Source of the DNA: a virus
DNA length: 26,361 nt
Virus record (IMG/VR): IMGVR_UViG_3300002036_000001
Span: 72,506 to 98,866 of that record
Direction: 5' to 3' (one strand)
The translations under genes were made by a program, and so were the position numbers. How positions within the stretch are numbered: the stretch's first letter is position 1; each line of letters starts with the position of its first letter. Positions 10,043-18,226 of this stretch are shown here, in pieces. The notes beneath the pieces are model-generated. The model had not been told where the DNA came from. It saw nothing but the letters and a program-made list of their open reading frames with translations, and ran no database searches.

Positions 10043-10997
10043 TTATTCTCTTTCTAATACTATTAATAAAATTTTTAACCTTGTTTATTCCTATTAGGTC
10101 ATTAGATAATGGAAGTTCTTTGAAAAAATTAACAGCTCCATCAAAATATAAAGGACATATTGTTCCTCCTCCACCTTGTCTACTTGCTAAAATTTCTAAA
10201 AATCTTATATTATCTCGAAAAAAAGTAACATCATAACCTTGATATTCTTTAATTTCATGTCTAAAAGGACTAAAAAGCCCTAAAATAGTATCTGCATCTC
10301 TATGAGTTAATTTACAATCACCTAGTCCATCCATTGATGGTTTTAATTTGTTTGATCTGAAATTATCTAAACTCTCTTGAGAAGCTGCTTGTTGTTGAAT
10401 AACTACTGGTATATAGTTAAATTTATTTCTTAACCTAATTAAATAATTAGAAGATAATTCTACTATAGAAGCATGTAGACCTAGTTGAACTCCTCCTCTT
10501 CTTTCAGGAGAAATTAAACTAATATGATCTATGATAACCATGACATATTCTTCCTTATTATCAGGTTCATACCAATCATCTATTTCCTTTTCTACTACTT
10601 CACCAGTTTTATTATTAACAAAAGGTACTATTTTTTTATGTTGTGTACCATTATTTAAAGCATATTCATTTACAAATTTAAAAATTCCTGTTGGATTTCT
10701 TATATCATCTATGAATTCTACAATCTCTTCTATTTTATCAAAATATGGTTGATATTTTTCAATTAAAGTTATTGTTTTTTCATCTAATACTCCGCTTTCT
10801 CTAGTACTAGTTAAATCTTTAGGAGAAATTCGTACACCTTCCTTCTCATAAAGAATATTAGAAAATGCTGATAACATTTTCTGCTCCTTAGACATTTCTA
10901 AGGAAAAATAAAATATTTTTAATTTAATATTTAGTTTCAAATCTATAACCCTTTTTATAGCGTTATATACAAATAACGAATCTGTTATTTGAGTTTT
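10026..10997 (-). CDS. dnaB: DnaB-like replicative helicase, exon 3 (KTQITD... to stop)
   Basis: Starts with the KT of Walker A; YFSLEM, VIIDHISL, QQ, GLGDCK..HRDAD, SRQG. Immediately preceded by the intron terminal G at 10998. Confidence 0.92.
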   Translation of the reverse strand, partial: KTQITDSLFVYNAIKRVIDLKLNIKLKIFYFSLEMSKEQKMLSAFSNILYEKEGVRISPKDLTSTRESGVLDEKTITLIEKYQPYFDKIEEIVEFIDDIRNPTGIFKFVNEYALNNGTQHKKIVPFVNNKTGEVVEKEIDDWYEPDNKEEYVMVIIDHISLISPERRGGVQLGLHASIVELSSNYLIRLRNKFNYIPVVIQQQAASQESLDNFRSNKLKPSMDGLGDCKLTHRDADTILGLFSPFRHEIKEYQGYDVTFFRDNIRFLEILASRQGGGGTICPLYFDGAVNFFKELPLSNDLIGINKVKNFINSIRKRINGDRN

Positions 10998-11010
10998 CAA
11001 TTTTGTTACT

Positions 11011-11565
11011 TTAAAATCTTTTTACACCTTCTTTAATTTCTTTAGATAAATATCCCATACCTTTCAATATATTATATAGAGAATATTCTCCAACTCCTTT
11101 GTTATTCCATTCTTTAATAGAATCGCTATAATTATTTACTAATACTCCAAATCTATATTGAGACTTTAGAAGAATTATAAGAGTTGTAATAGATATTTCT
11201 TTTTTCTGAAATTTATCTATTGTTTTATTATCCCAAGTATGTACTACCCATTTTTTAATATCTGGACAAAATATTATAGCAAGTCTTGTCTTTGTTATAT
11301 TTAATTCTATTAATACTTTAATAGCTTTACAAAGTTCTGAAAAACTTATTTTTATACCTTGTGTTAGTAATACTGAATAAATATCTCCAAATGATCTAGC
11401 TTTTCCACTTGAACAAGTTCTTTCTGATACGTTTGTTCCAGATTCGTTAGACTTGCTAAAAGTGGCTGGAAATCCATAAAAATCATTGTAAAGCCTTTGA
11501 AGATATAATAATAAAGGTTCACTTTTTTCTTTTCTATATTGTTTTCTTAAATATAATTTTTTCAT
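11011..11565 (-). CDS. hypothetical protein in loop L9.2 of intron 2
   Basis: 184-aa ORF closed by perfect 10-bp stem UUAAAAUCUU (11572-11581) / AAGAUUUUAA (11011-11020). Confidence 0.8.
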   Translation of the reverse strand: MKKLYLRKQYRKEKSEPLLLYLQRLYNDFYGFPATFSKSNESGTNVSERTCSSGKARSFGDIYSVLLTQGIKISFSELCKAIKVLIELNITKTRLAIIFCPDIKKWVVHTWDNKTIDKFQKKEISITTLIILLKSQYRFGVLVNNYSDSIKEWNNKGVGEYSLYNILKGMGYLSKEIKEGVKRF

Positions 11566-11583
11566 TTTTTTAAGATTTTAAGA

Positions 11584-11994
11584 TCAAGTTATTTCTACTT
11601 GATTCTGAAATTTATTATAATATGATTTTTCTAATATCTCTATTATTTCTTTTTCTTTATTATACTCGTCTGTATTATATTCATTAGGATTAAATTTGTA
11701 AACATTATCTATTTTATCTATTACAAATTTCCAATGTCCTGTACCTGGAGTAGCATTTTCAAATACTAAAGTATCTACATTACCACAATACAGACAATTT
11801 AAGTAATTTTCCCCTAATAAAGTCATTATTTCTGCATTTATTTTATCAGAATTTACTTTATCTTCAAATAAGTATTCATGTATGTAATCTAAAGTAACTC
11901 CTGTATATAAGTCTTCGCAAACTGTATCCAATACTTCTAAATATTTTTCAGAGAAATATTCTTTTAATTTTTTATTTATTTCTTTACTGTTCAT
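11584..11994 (-). CDS. hypothetical acidic protein in loop L9 of intron 2
   Basis: 136-aa ORF within stem CUGAAA (12007-12012) / UUUCAG (11605-11610); last codons form hairpin P9.1 (11583-11603). Confidence 0.78.
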   Translation of the reverse strand: MNSKEINKKLKEYFSEKYLEVLDTVCEDLYTGVTLDYIHEYLFEDKVNSDKINAEIMTLLGENYLNCLYCGNVDTLVFENATPGTGHWKFVIDKIDNVYKFNPNEYNTDEYNKEKEIIEILEKSYYNKFQNQVEIT

Positions 11995-12031
11995 ATTAAT
12001 TTATTTTTTCAGTTCGGACTGTTTCATTAAC

Positions 12032-12373
12032 CTAATAATTACTATAAGGAAATAATACTCCATATACATCACATTTCTTTCTAGAGAGTGTGTCTCCAGA
12101 TCCTGTTTTGTGATAATGTGAAATTAGATCTACTATTTCTTCATATTTTAAATTTAAATAATTACCTTCATAATATATTCCATTTTTAGGTCTTTCCTTG
12201 TCAGTCTCTACACCGTTTTGTAGTAAATTTTTAGCATATTCTTTTTCAGATTTCCAATGTGAAGGATATTTTTTATTATAAGCTTCACTAAGTTTATCTA
12301 AAAAATAATTTAATATGTTAATCAATTCACTATCAAGTGACGGCACGAGATTATCTTTTATATTTTTTTCCAT
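12032..12373 (-). CDS. hypothetical protein overlapping the catalytic core of intron 2
   Basis: 113-aa ORF; DNLVPS encodes the P4'/P6 strand, GVETDKERP encodes P6'/P7/P3'/P8, stop lies in P8'. Confidence 0.6.
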   Translation of the reverse strand: MEKNIKDNLVPSLDSELINILNYFLDKLSEAYNKKYPSHWKSEKEYAKNLLQNGVETDKERPKNGIYYEGNYLNLKYEEIVDLISHYHKTGSGDTLSRKKCDVYGVLFPYSNY

Positions 12374-12777
12374 AAGTATAAATGTTGTAGTTTATTATTA
12401 TGTCTAGGATTTTTATAACTAATTATATCTTTAAAACCAACTTCTAATAAAGCCTTAGAAAAAGGATTATCCACATAAGTACTTCCTACAACTGTTTGAA
12501 TCATTCCTATATCACTAGTGAAATAAGAATGATTGGCATTATCAGGCTTTAATTGCCTTTTTTTTAATTTTTCTTTAAATTTTTCTAGTGTTTTTACTAT
12601 ATTTTCTATTTCTTGGCATGTAGTAGATTTCCAATCATGTAGTATGTATGATCCACATCCTGATGGATTTTCTTTTAGTTTAAAACTTACTAAAAGATTT
12701 TCTCCATTTATTTTATGTAATTCACTTACTTGTAAATAATTATGCCATTTTCCTTTTTCTATTAAACTTACTTTCAT
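12358..12777 (-). CDS. putative GNAT-like protein in loop L5 of intron 2
   Basis: 139 aa; P.GCG..IL and ALLEVGF...SYKN; enclosed by P5 AUCUU (12785-12789) / AAGAU (12353-12357). Function inferred. Confidence 0.7.
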   Translation of the reverse strand: MKVSLIEKGKWHNYLQVSELHKINGENLLVSFKLKENPSGCGSYILHDWKSTTCQEIENIVKTLEKFKEKLKKRQLKPDNANHSYFTSDIGMIQTVVGSTYVDNPFSKALLEVGFKDIISYKNPRHNNKLQHLYLWKKI

Positions 12778-12854
12778 TTTATATAAGATTTTCCTCGTTA
12801 GCTAATATTTCTATTAACCCTCCTGTAAGGAGATTCGGATTTTTAGTTATTTTT

Positions 12855-13496
12855 TTATAAACGGTGATATACTTTTATCATATTTCCAGAATTAACATTT
12901 TTATAAGAAAATTGAAGACTAAACCCTAATCTTTCTACAAAATTTATCGCAGATCTCTGCTTATGAGATAAGTGAGCAAGTTTTGCACAACCAATTTCTT
13001 TTAAACATTCTTTTATATAATTTATTTCCTCTTCTGTAAGAGTTATTAATACAGAATGTATTTTAGGAACCTCTTCAAAACCATATAATATCATACATCC
13101 ACAACAATCTGGATGTGGTTTAGTAGAAAATAATCTAATAGGTTTATTATTAACACTTACAAAAGATTGTACTCCATATTCTTTAATATATTTTGTATTA
13201 ACTTTAGTTAAAAAATAATCATGAGAGCTGATATGTGAATTATTTATTTTTTTAATAAAAAGTTTTTCTTTTTTTTGTATTTGTGTATTTCCCTTTACTA
13301 TTTCTAAAAGAGTTATTTTTCCTTTTTCTAAATCATAAGAATTGAATCCATATATTTTAGAATATAGAATACTTCCATTAAAATTAGGAGGTCCTATCTT
13401 ATCTTGAAAAAAACTATAATAATTTCCTCTTTTTCTTATTACTCCTTGATATTTTTTACCTTTTATTTTTAATGTTACAAAATCACCTGTTTTCAT
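12855..13496 (-). CDS. putative GNAT-like protein in the loop of a P2.1 stem of intron 2
   Basis: 213 aa; PDCCGCMIL and AINFVERLGF...SYKN; enclosed by AGUUAUU (13521-13527) / AAUAACU (12845-12851). Function inferred. Confidence 0.7.
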   Translation of the reverse strand: MKTGDFVTLKIKGKKYQGVIRKRGNYYSFFQDKIGPPNFNGSILYSKIYGFNSYDLEKGKITLLEIVKGNTQIQKKEKLFIKKINNSHISSHDYFLTKVNTKYIKEYGVQSFVSVNNKPIRLFSTKPHPDCCGCMILYGFEEVPKIHSVLITLTEEEINYIKECLKEIGCAKLAHLSHKQRSAINFVERLGFSLQFSYKNVNSGNMIKVYHRL

Positions 13497-13564
13497 TTTT
13501 TATATTTTTATATTTTTTATAATAACTTTACCATAATTGTTACCAATTACAGGGGCAAAAATCT

Positions 13565-13573
13565 ACCCACTTT
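13565..13573 (-). CDS. dnaB: DnaB-like helicase exon 2: 9-nt micro-exon AAA GTG GGT (KVG)
   Basis: Preceded by G, ends in U, and restores Walker A TANS-KVG-KT in frame. Confidence 0.9.
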
Positions 13574-13611
13574 CGTTTATATTCCATAAAGTTCGTAACT
13601 ACTTTATGCGT

Positions 13612-13740
13612 TTAATCAATTTTAATTTCTGTTAAATTATCAACAGTTATAGATGCTCCATTTATAAACTCTATTATAAATTTATCACCATCTTCGTAAA
13701 TTTTTACTTTATGTTTATTTTTGTAAATCCCCACTTTCAT
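13612..13740 (-). CDS. 42-aa ORF in loop L9.1 of intron 1
   Basis: MKVGIYKNKHKVKIYEDGDKFIIEFINGASITVDNLTEIKID; A-rich leader; enclosed by 11-bp stem 13754-13764 / 13610-13620. Confidence 0.55.
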   Translation of the reverse strand: MKVGIYKNKHKVKIYEDGDKFIIEFINGASITVDNLTEIKID

Positions 13741-13909
13741 AATTTTATTTTTTATTAATTAAACTGCTATATATTTCTATATAGACTGGACTATATCTTC
13801 ATCTCACTGAGATGCCCTCCGCTTCCAATACCATTAACTTGTATTGTACGTGCTTTATTGCACTAGTCTCTGAACCTTAATTTAATCTTGGCTGCTGATT
13901 GTCATATAT

Positions 13910-13935
13910 AAAAAAAGACACTATTAAAGTGTCTT
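13910..13935 (-). terminator. terminator-like hairpin within the P5 extension of intron 1
   Basis: AAGACAC-UUUAAUA-GUGUCUU then UUUUU, about 40 nt after the endonuclease stop. Confidence 0.4.
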
Positions 13936-13976
13936 AAATTATACTTAGATTTTCCAGCAATTCAAAGGGTAATCAT

Positions 13977-14687
13977 CTAGATGTCACCATCTAGCGTAGC
14001 TTTTATTATTAAATATTTCTTTTTAAATTTCCTTTCAGTTTTAATACCTTTTGATATTTCACTTGGAAAGTAACCAAAATATTTTGCACAATCTTGTAAT
14101 GAATTAAAAACTTTATATACTTCATTTGTATTAATATTTTTAACTATAACTTTTTTGCACATATAAGAATTATCTTTTTTAGATTTAACATAAGGATTTA
14201 ACGATTTTTTATAATCTAATGACCATAAATACCCTCCTCCTTTATTATAAGTTCCATTTAAAAATCTACAAATTGTAGATTGACTTATATTATTATCAAG
14301 ACAAGCTTGTTTTATATAATCATATTTTTTAATAAATGTACCATCTAAACTATATTGATATATTTCTTTACCTGTAATTATATTATTAACCACATCTTTT
14401 ATGAAGTTAAATTCAGGTTTTAAATTATTAATATAAAATTGTTCTCTTTTTATAAGAATATTTTTATCACAAAATTCTAATATAATATATATAAAATTTT
14501 TAGATTTATTTTTATTCCAAGAATTCTGTAAATAATCATTATGATGTTTATTATTTCTTAACATCATTTTATGATTAATAATTCTATCATAAATATTTTT
14601 TGAACTTCCTATATATTTTTTTTGGTTTTTTAAATTTAAAATACAATAAATACCTGATTTTTTACACTGTTTATTTAATTTTTGCAT
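13977..14687 (-). CDS. GIY-YIG homing endonuclease with NUMOD1-like repeats, in L1 of intron 1
   Basis: SGIYCI..L.N.K.YIGSS.N...R...H, REQFYI, PEFN; C-terminal IYQYSLDG.FIK.Y...A..GGY.W and FNSL..CA repeats. ATG 14687 preferred over TTG 14708, which is part of the promoter. Confidence 0.92.
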   Translation of the reverse strand: MQKLNKQCKKSGIYCILNLKNQKKYIGSSKNIYDRIINHKMMLRNNKHHNDYLQNSWNKNKSKNFIYIILEFCDKNILIKREQFYINNLKPEFNFIKDVVNNIITGKEIYQYSLDGTFIKKYDYIKQACLDNNISQSTICRFLNGTYNKGGGYLWSLDYKKSLNPYVKSKKDNSYMCKKVIVKNINTNEVYKVFNSLQDCAKYFGYFPSEISKGIKTERKFKKKYLIIKATLDGDI

Positions 14688-14705
14688 AAATTTTTTAATT
14701 TTATA

Positions 14706-14736
14706 CAAAAATACGAAATTTTTATGTAAATGTCAA
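14706..14736 (-). promoter_or_regulatory. Bacteroidota sigma-A-type promoter for the homing endonuclease
   Basis: TTG (14734-14736), 20-nt spacer, TATTTTTG (14706-14713) matching -33 TTG / -7 TAnnTTTG. Confidence 0.7.
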
Positions 14737-14771
14737 GTAATTAACGCATTATTTTTTGATTATTTAAAAAA

Positions 14772-14927
14772 ACTATTTGCTGTAACTAAATAATATTTAC
14801 CTTGTTCTATTCCTGGATTTTCATTTTCAAATCTAGGTAATCCCCAAGGTATACAATTAATTTTACCAGAAAGAATTCTATTCCTTCTTTTTTTTATGCT
14901 AGTTAGCACTCTATTAAATAAACTCAT
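14772..14927 (-). CDS. dnaB: DnaB-like helicase exon 1 (52 codons)
   Basis: MSLFNRVLTSIKKRRNRILSGKINCIPWGLPRFENENPGIEQGKYYLVTANS; typical pre-Walker A segment; ends in U. Confidence 0.92.
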
Positions 14928-14934
14928 TTTTAAT

Positions 14935-15543
14935 TTAATTTAATTTACTAGTCCAATCTTGGACTTCATTTTCTTCTATTTCATCTATAAATGCAGATAA
15001 TCTAGAAGATTCTTCTTTATTTCTATCTTGTTTGAATATAAAATAATCAGCTCTTTGTAAATAATGAAGATTTCTACCTTCTGTACTTAAATAAATATCT
15101 GCTGCTTTTAAAATATCTTCAAAAGTATATTCTGGATTTTCTTCCATCCATCTAGTTAACTTTTCTTTACAAGATTTCAATCCACCTCTTGCTCCTGCTT
15201 TTAATCCTTTCCATTTATCTCTAAATTCAGAAGCTCTTTTTTCTACCTCTTCACTTACTTTAGAAATAGATTTCTTTTTTACTTTCTTATTAGAGTATAC
15301 TAATGTAGAAAGATCTACTAAAGAATTTTTTATTAAATTTAATGATTTCTGTCTTAGTATTATTTCTTTTCCTATTTTTAATTGTCTTATTTTTATTAAT
15401 CTTTTCTTTTGTAAAATCTCTAAATCAATACTAGTATCTATGTAATCTTTATCAAGATACATAAAACTAATATATAAAAATTCATTAATAGTTACGTCAT
15501 TTTCTTCTAATTCCTTAAAATTTACTATTAACGATTTATTCAT
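14935..15543 (-). CDS. hypothetical protein, possibly replication initiator or helicase loader
   Basis: 202 aa between polymerase and helicase; function inferred from position only. Confidence 0.5.
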   Translation of the reverse strand: MNKSLIVNFKELEENDVTINEFLYISFMYLDKDYIDTSIDLEILQKKRLIKIRQLKIGKEIILRQKSLNLIKNSLVDLSTLVYSNKKVKKKSISKVSEEVEKRASEFRDKWKGLKAGARGGLKSCKEKLTRWMEENPEYTFEDILKAADIYLSTEGRNLHYLQRADYFIFKQDRNKEESSRLSAFIDEIEENEVQDWTSKLN

Positions 15544-15759
15544 TTATATTTTTTTAAAAATTTCATCCATACTTATAGAAAATTTATTAGGGTTTATTTT
15601 TAAATTTAAACTTGTTTTATAATTTTCAATTTCTATAATTGGAATAATTGTATTAAACTCTTCTTTTACTTTATTTTGAATATCTGAATTATCCTCTAAA
15701 TTATATGCACTTATTATTAAATCTATTATGAAAATATTTTCATTAAATTTTTTTATCAT
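15544..15759 (-). CDS. hypothetical protein
   Basis: 71-aa ORF abutting neighbours. Confidence 0.65.
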   Translation of the reverse strand: MIKKFNENIFIIDLIISAYNLEDNSDIQNKVKEEFNTIIPIIEIENYKTSLNLKINPNKFSISMDEIFKKI

Positions 15760-15778
15760 GTTTTTAAAATTTTAGTTA

Positions 15779-17749
15779 TTAGTGATTCCAATAAGTAGTA
15801 ATTACTGCATCCGCTTTTAAAGGTATAGTAGTACACCATACTCCTCCTGCTTTTTCCATACATTTTTCTAGATACTCAGCAGCTAATTTTGTATATGAAT
15901 TATGAACCTCTAAGTTTATTTCATCATGTACTAAATTAGTGATAGATACATAGTTTTGAAGATTATTTTCTAATATCCATCTTCTAAATAATATTGCAGC
16001 AAATTTTGTGATACTTCCTGCTGCTCCTTGTATAATATAATTAAGACAAGCTCTTTCATATTTTCCTTTTAAAGTATAATAACTTCTCCAATCTCCTATG
16101 TTTTTAAATTCTTTAAGCTTATCAAAGTCTTTAAAATAAAACTTTCTCTTAGTAATAGGATCTATTTCTATAAATCCTCTCTTCATAGATATTCTAATTG
16201 TTTCATCAAAAAACTCTCTTAATCTAGGAAATGCTTCAAAATAAGAATTATATATTTTTTCTCCTTCTTCTTTGGATACTCCTAAATTATTAGAAATAGT
16301 ATATGCATTACCTCCATAAGCTAAAGCAAATACAACTGTTTTAGTTATTTGTCTTTTATCAGAGTGATTAGATTTTATTTCTTCTAAGGTTAATCCTTCT
16401 AATTCTTTAAAGATTTTTCTAGCATTAAAACTATGCATATCTGTAAAACCCTTATGATAAAACTCTAACAGATCTGGATCTAAGGAAGTGTTTACTAAAC
16501 AAATATTTTCTTGACCACTATAATCTGCATTAACAATTTTATAATTATCAGGAGAATTAAAAGCTGATCTAAATTCTTTAGTAGCAGGAATATTTTGTAA
16601 ATTAGGATTTCTACTAGATATTCTACCTGTATTTAATATTTGCCTATAATTACTATGTAATCTATTTGTTATAGGATTAACGTGCTTAAAGAAATCTATA
16701 CCAAAAGTAGAACATGATTGATCTTTTTCTCTAAATTTAATATACTTCTTTAAAAATACTAATTTATCTTCTTCTATATTCTTATTCTTAGTGTTTAAAG
16801 AACTTATTAAAACTTTTGATTCTACAGTATACGTTAATTTTTTAGTTGTCTTAGATACTTCCATAGGACATATATCTAAAAACTTAAAAAACTCTATAAC
16901 TTGTTTAGATGATGTCCATTTTATATTACATTTTATTTCATTACTAAACAAATCTAATTGTCTTTCTATGAAATTAGAATCCATATAATTATCTAATACA
17001 AATTTATTTAATTCTTTTTCTAAATTTACTTTTTCTATAAGATTATTTTTATAAGTATTTTTCCAAATATCTTTATCAAAATGTATCCCTTTATACTCTA
17101 TTTCCCCTAATACAAGAAGAAATTGCATCTCTAATGATACACATTTTCCTAGTTGTTTAGTTTCTATATCTATTTCTTGTTGTTCTTTAACTAAAATAGG
17201 ATATAAAATATCTTCTGCACCATATTTTATTTGAGAAACTGTAAATTTTTTATCTTTTATTTCTAAAAATTCTAATGCAGTAGTCTTATCTACTTCTACT
17301 CCTAGATACCTTTTATTTAATTCCTTTAAAGAATTGCTTAAATTATATCCATTAAATAGTATCTGTTCTACAATCATTGTATCATAAACTTTATTTAGTC
17401 TAGTTTTGCAATTATGTAATATATGTAGATATTCAAATTTTAAATTTTGACCTATAATAATAATAGAAGGGGAACTAAGTAAAGGATATAACATAGATAT
17501 ATCTGTACATCTAAAGTCTATTATATATTGTCTATTTTTAGTACCTAATTGAACCATTACTATACTAGAAAGATATGGATCTAACCCTTCTTTTTCATAC
17601 TCTCCTCCAAATTTTCTTGTAGTTTCTATATCTAATGATATTTCTTTTTCATCTTTTAGATAATTATAACATTCTAGAACAGTTGAAGATTTAAATTCTT
17701 CATATTTTATATCTCCTATAAAATATATATTAAATTTTTCTTTCATCAT
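15779..17749 (-). CDS. polA: family A DNA polymerase with 3'-5' exonuclease domain
   Basis: LDIET exo I, TGRISSRNPNLQNIP, motif A ADYSGQE, motif B RQITKTVVFALAYG (Phe at the 762-equivalent), NYIIQG, motif C VHDE. Confidence 0.96.
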   Translation of the reverse strand: MMKEKFNIYFIGDIKYEEFKSSTVLECYNYLKDEKEISLDIETTRKFGGEYEKEGLDPYLSSIVMVQLGTKNRQYIIDFRCTDISMLYPLLSSPSIIIIGQNLKFEYLHILHNCKTRLNKVYDTMIVEQILFNGYNLSNSLKELNKRYLGVEVDKTTALEFLEIKDKKFTVSQIKYGAEDILYPILVKEQQEIDIETKQLGKCVSLEMQFLLVLGEIEYKGIHFDKDIWKNTYKNNLIEKVNLEKELNKFVLDNYMDSNFIERQLDLFSNEIKCNIKWTSSKQVIEFFKFLDICPMEVSKTTKKLTYTVESKVLISSLNTKNKNIEEDKLVFLKKYIKFREKDQSCSTFGIDFFKHVNPITNRLHSNYRQILNTGRISSRNPNLQNIPATKEFRSAFNSPDNYKIVNADYSGQENICLVNTSLDPDLLEFYHKGFTDMHSFNARKIFKELEGLTLEEIKSNHSDKRQITKTVVFALAYGGNAYTISNNLGVSKEEGEKIYNSYFEAFPRLREFFDETIRISMKRGFIEIDPITKRKFYFKDFDKLKEFKNIGDWRSYYTLKGKYERACLNYIIQGAAGSITKFAAILFRRWILENNLQNYVSITNLVHDEINLEVHNSYTKLAAEYLEKCMEKAGGVWCTTIPLKADAVITTYWNH

Positions 17750-17944
17750 TTATTCATTTTCATTCTTTTAGTTTAATTCTATAAAAGTCTTTTTCCTTTA
17801 GATGTTTCAATTGTAAAAGTAGTTACAGAAAATGTCATTATTTCTATTACCTTCTGCAAGAACCATAGAAGCATTCCACACAGTTTTTGAATAAAATGTC
17901 TTCCTTATTAAAGTTTTTATATTTTTATATCCTAAATTTAAGTC

Positions 17945-18226
17945 TTACACTTGATTCGATAAGAATTTGAGATGCGATTCTCTTATTTTGGCTTGTTTTC
18001 TTTCATTTAAAACTCTTTCTATATTTTTTAATGAAATATAATATGCATAATCTTCTTTAGATATTTCTTTATCCTCGGGCATGCCTATACTTTCTTTAAC
18101 TATAAAGTATTTATTGTTAATGTGTTTAATCCTTCCATCAATACCAGTAAACTCGATAATTAGTTTTTTTATTACTGTTAAAGGGTCAATATAAACCTCT
18201 TTTTCAATTGTTCCATATATTTTCAT
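17945..18226 (-). CDS. hypothetical protein
   Basis: 93-aa ORF on the coding strand. Confidence 0.65.
   Translation of the reverse strand: MKIYGTIEKEVYIDPLTVIKKLIIEFTGIDGRIKHINNKYFIVKESIGMPEDKEISKEDYAYYISLKNIERVLNERKQAKIRESHLKFLSNQV

Larger units (their letters stand above)
10998..13564 (-). mobile_element. group I intron 2 of dnaB (2567 nt), core interleaved with five ORFs
   Basis: P1 GGGU|AG..UUGCCC with U-G at splice site; P2 13531-13552 with GUAA loop; P4 ACGAG 12794-12798 / CUCGU 12345-12349; P6 GCCG/CGGU; R GUAGAGACUG 12202-12211; P3 UCCUU/AAGGA; P8 GACCUAA/UUAGGUU; P7' CAGUC 12017-12021; P9, P9.1, P9.2; ends GUAACAAAAUUG. Confidence 0.9.
13574..14771 (-). mobile_element. group I intron 1 of dnaB (1198 nt, IA2-like)
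   Basis: P1 UAGU|UUUU with AAAAGCUA (13997-14004); P2 CUAGAUG-GUGA-CAUCUAG; P AAUUGCUGGAAA; Q AAUCAGCAGCC; R UCAGAGACUA; P7.1 and P7.2; P3 CCCUUUG/CGGAGGG; P8 CAUCUC/GAGAUG; S AAGAUAUAGUCC; P9 with GAAA loop; terminal G at 13574. Confidence 0.95.

Noticed and set aside
10998-11000. TTG start for a 324-aa helicase
   Set aside because: It would begin mid-Walker A; the TTG is the last three intron bases including the terminal G.
15779-17749. Intein or intron in the polymerase
   Set aside because: Motifs are contiguous at normal spacing in 656 aa.
17750-17944. Small ORF upstream of polA
   Set aside because: Only short frames broken by stops; nothing supportable.
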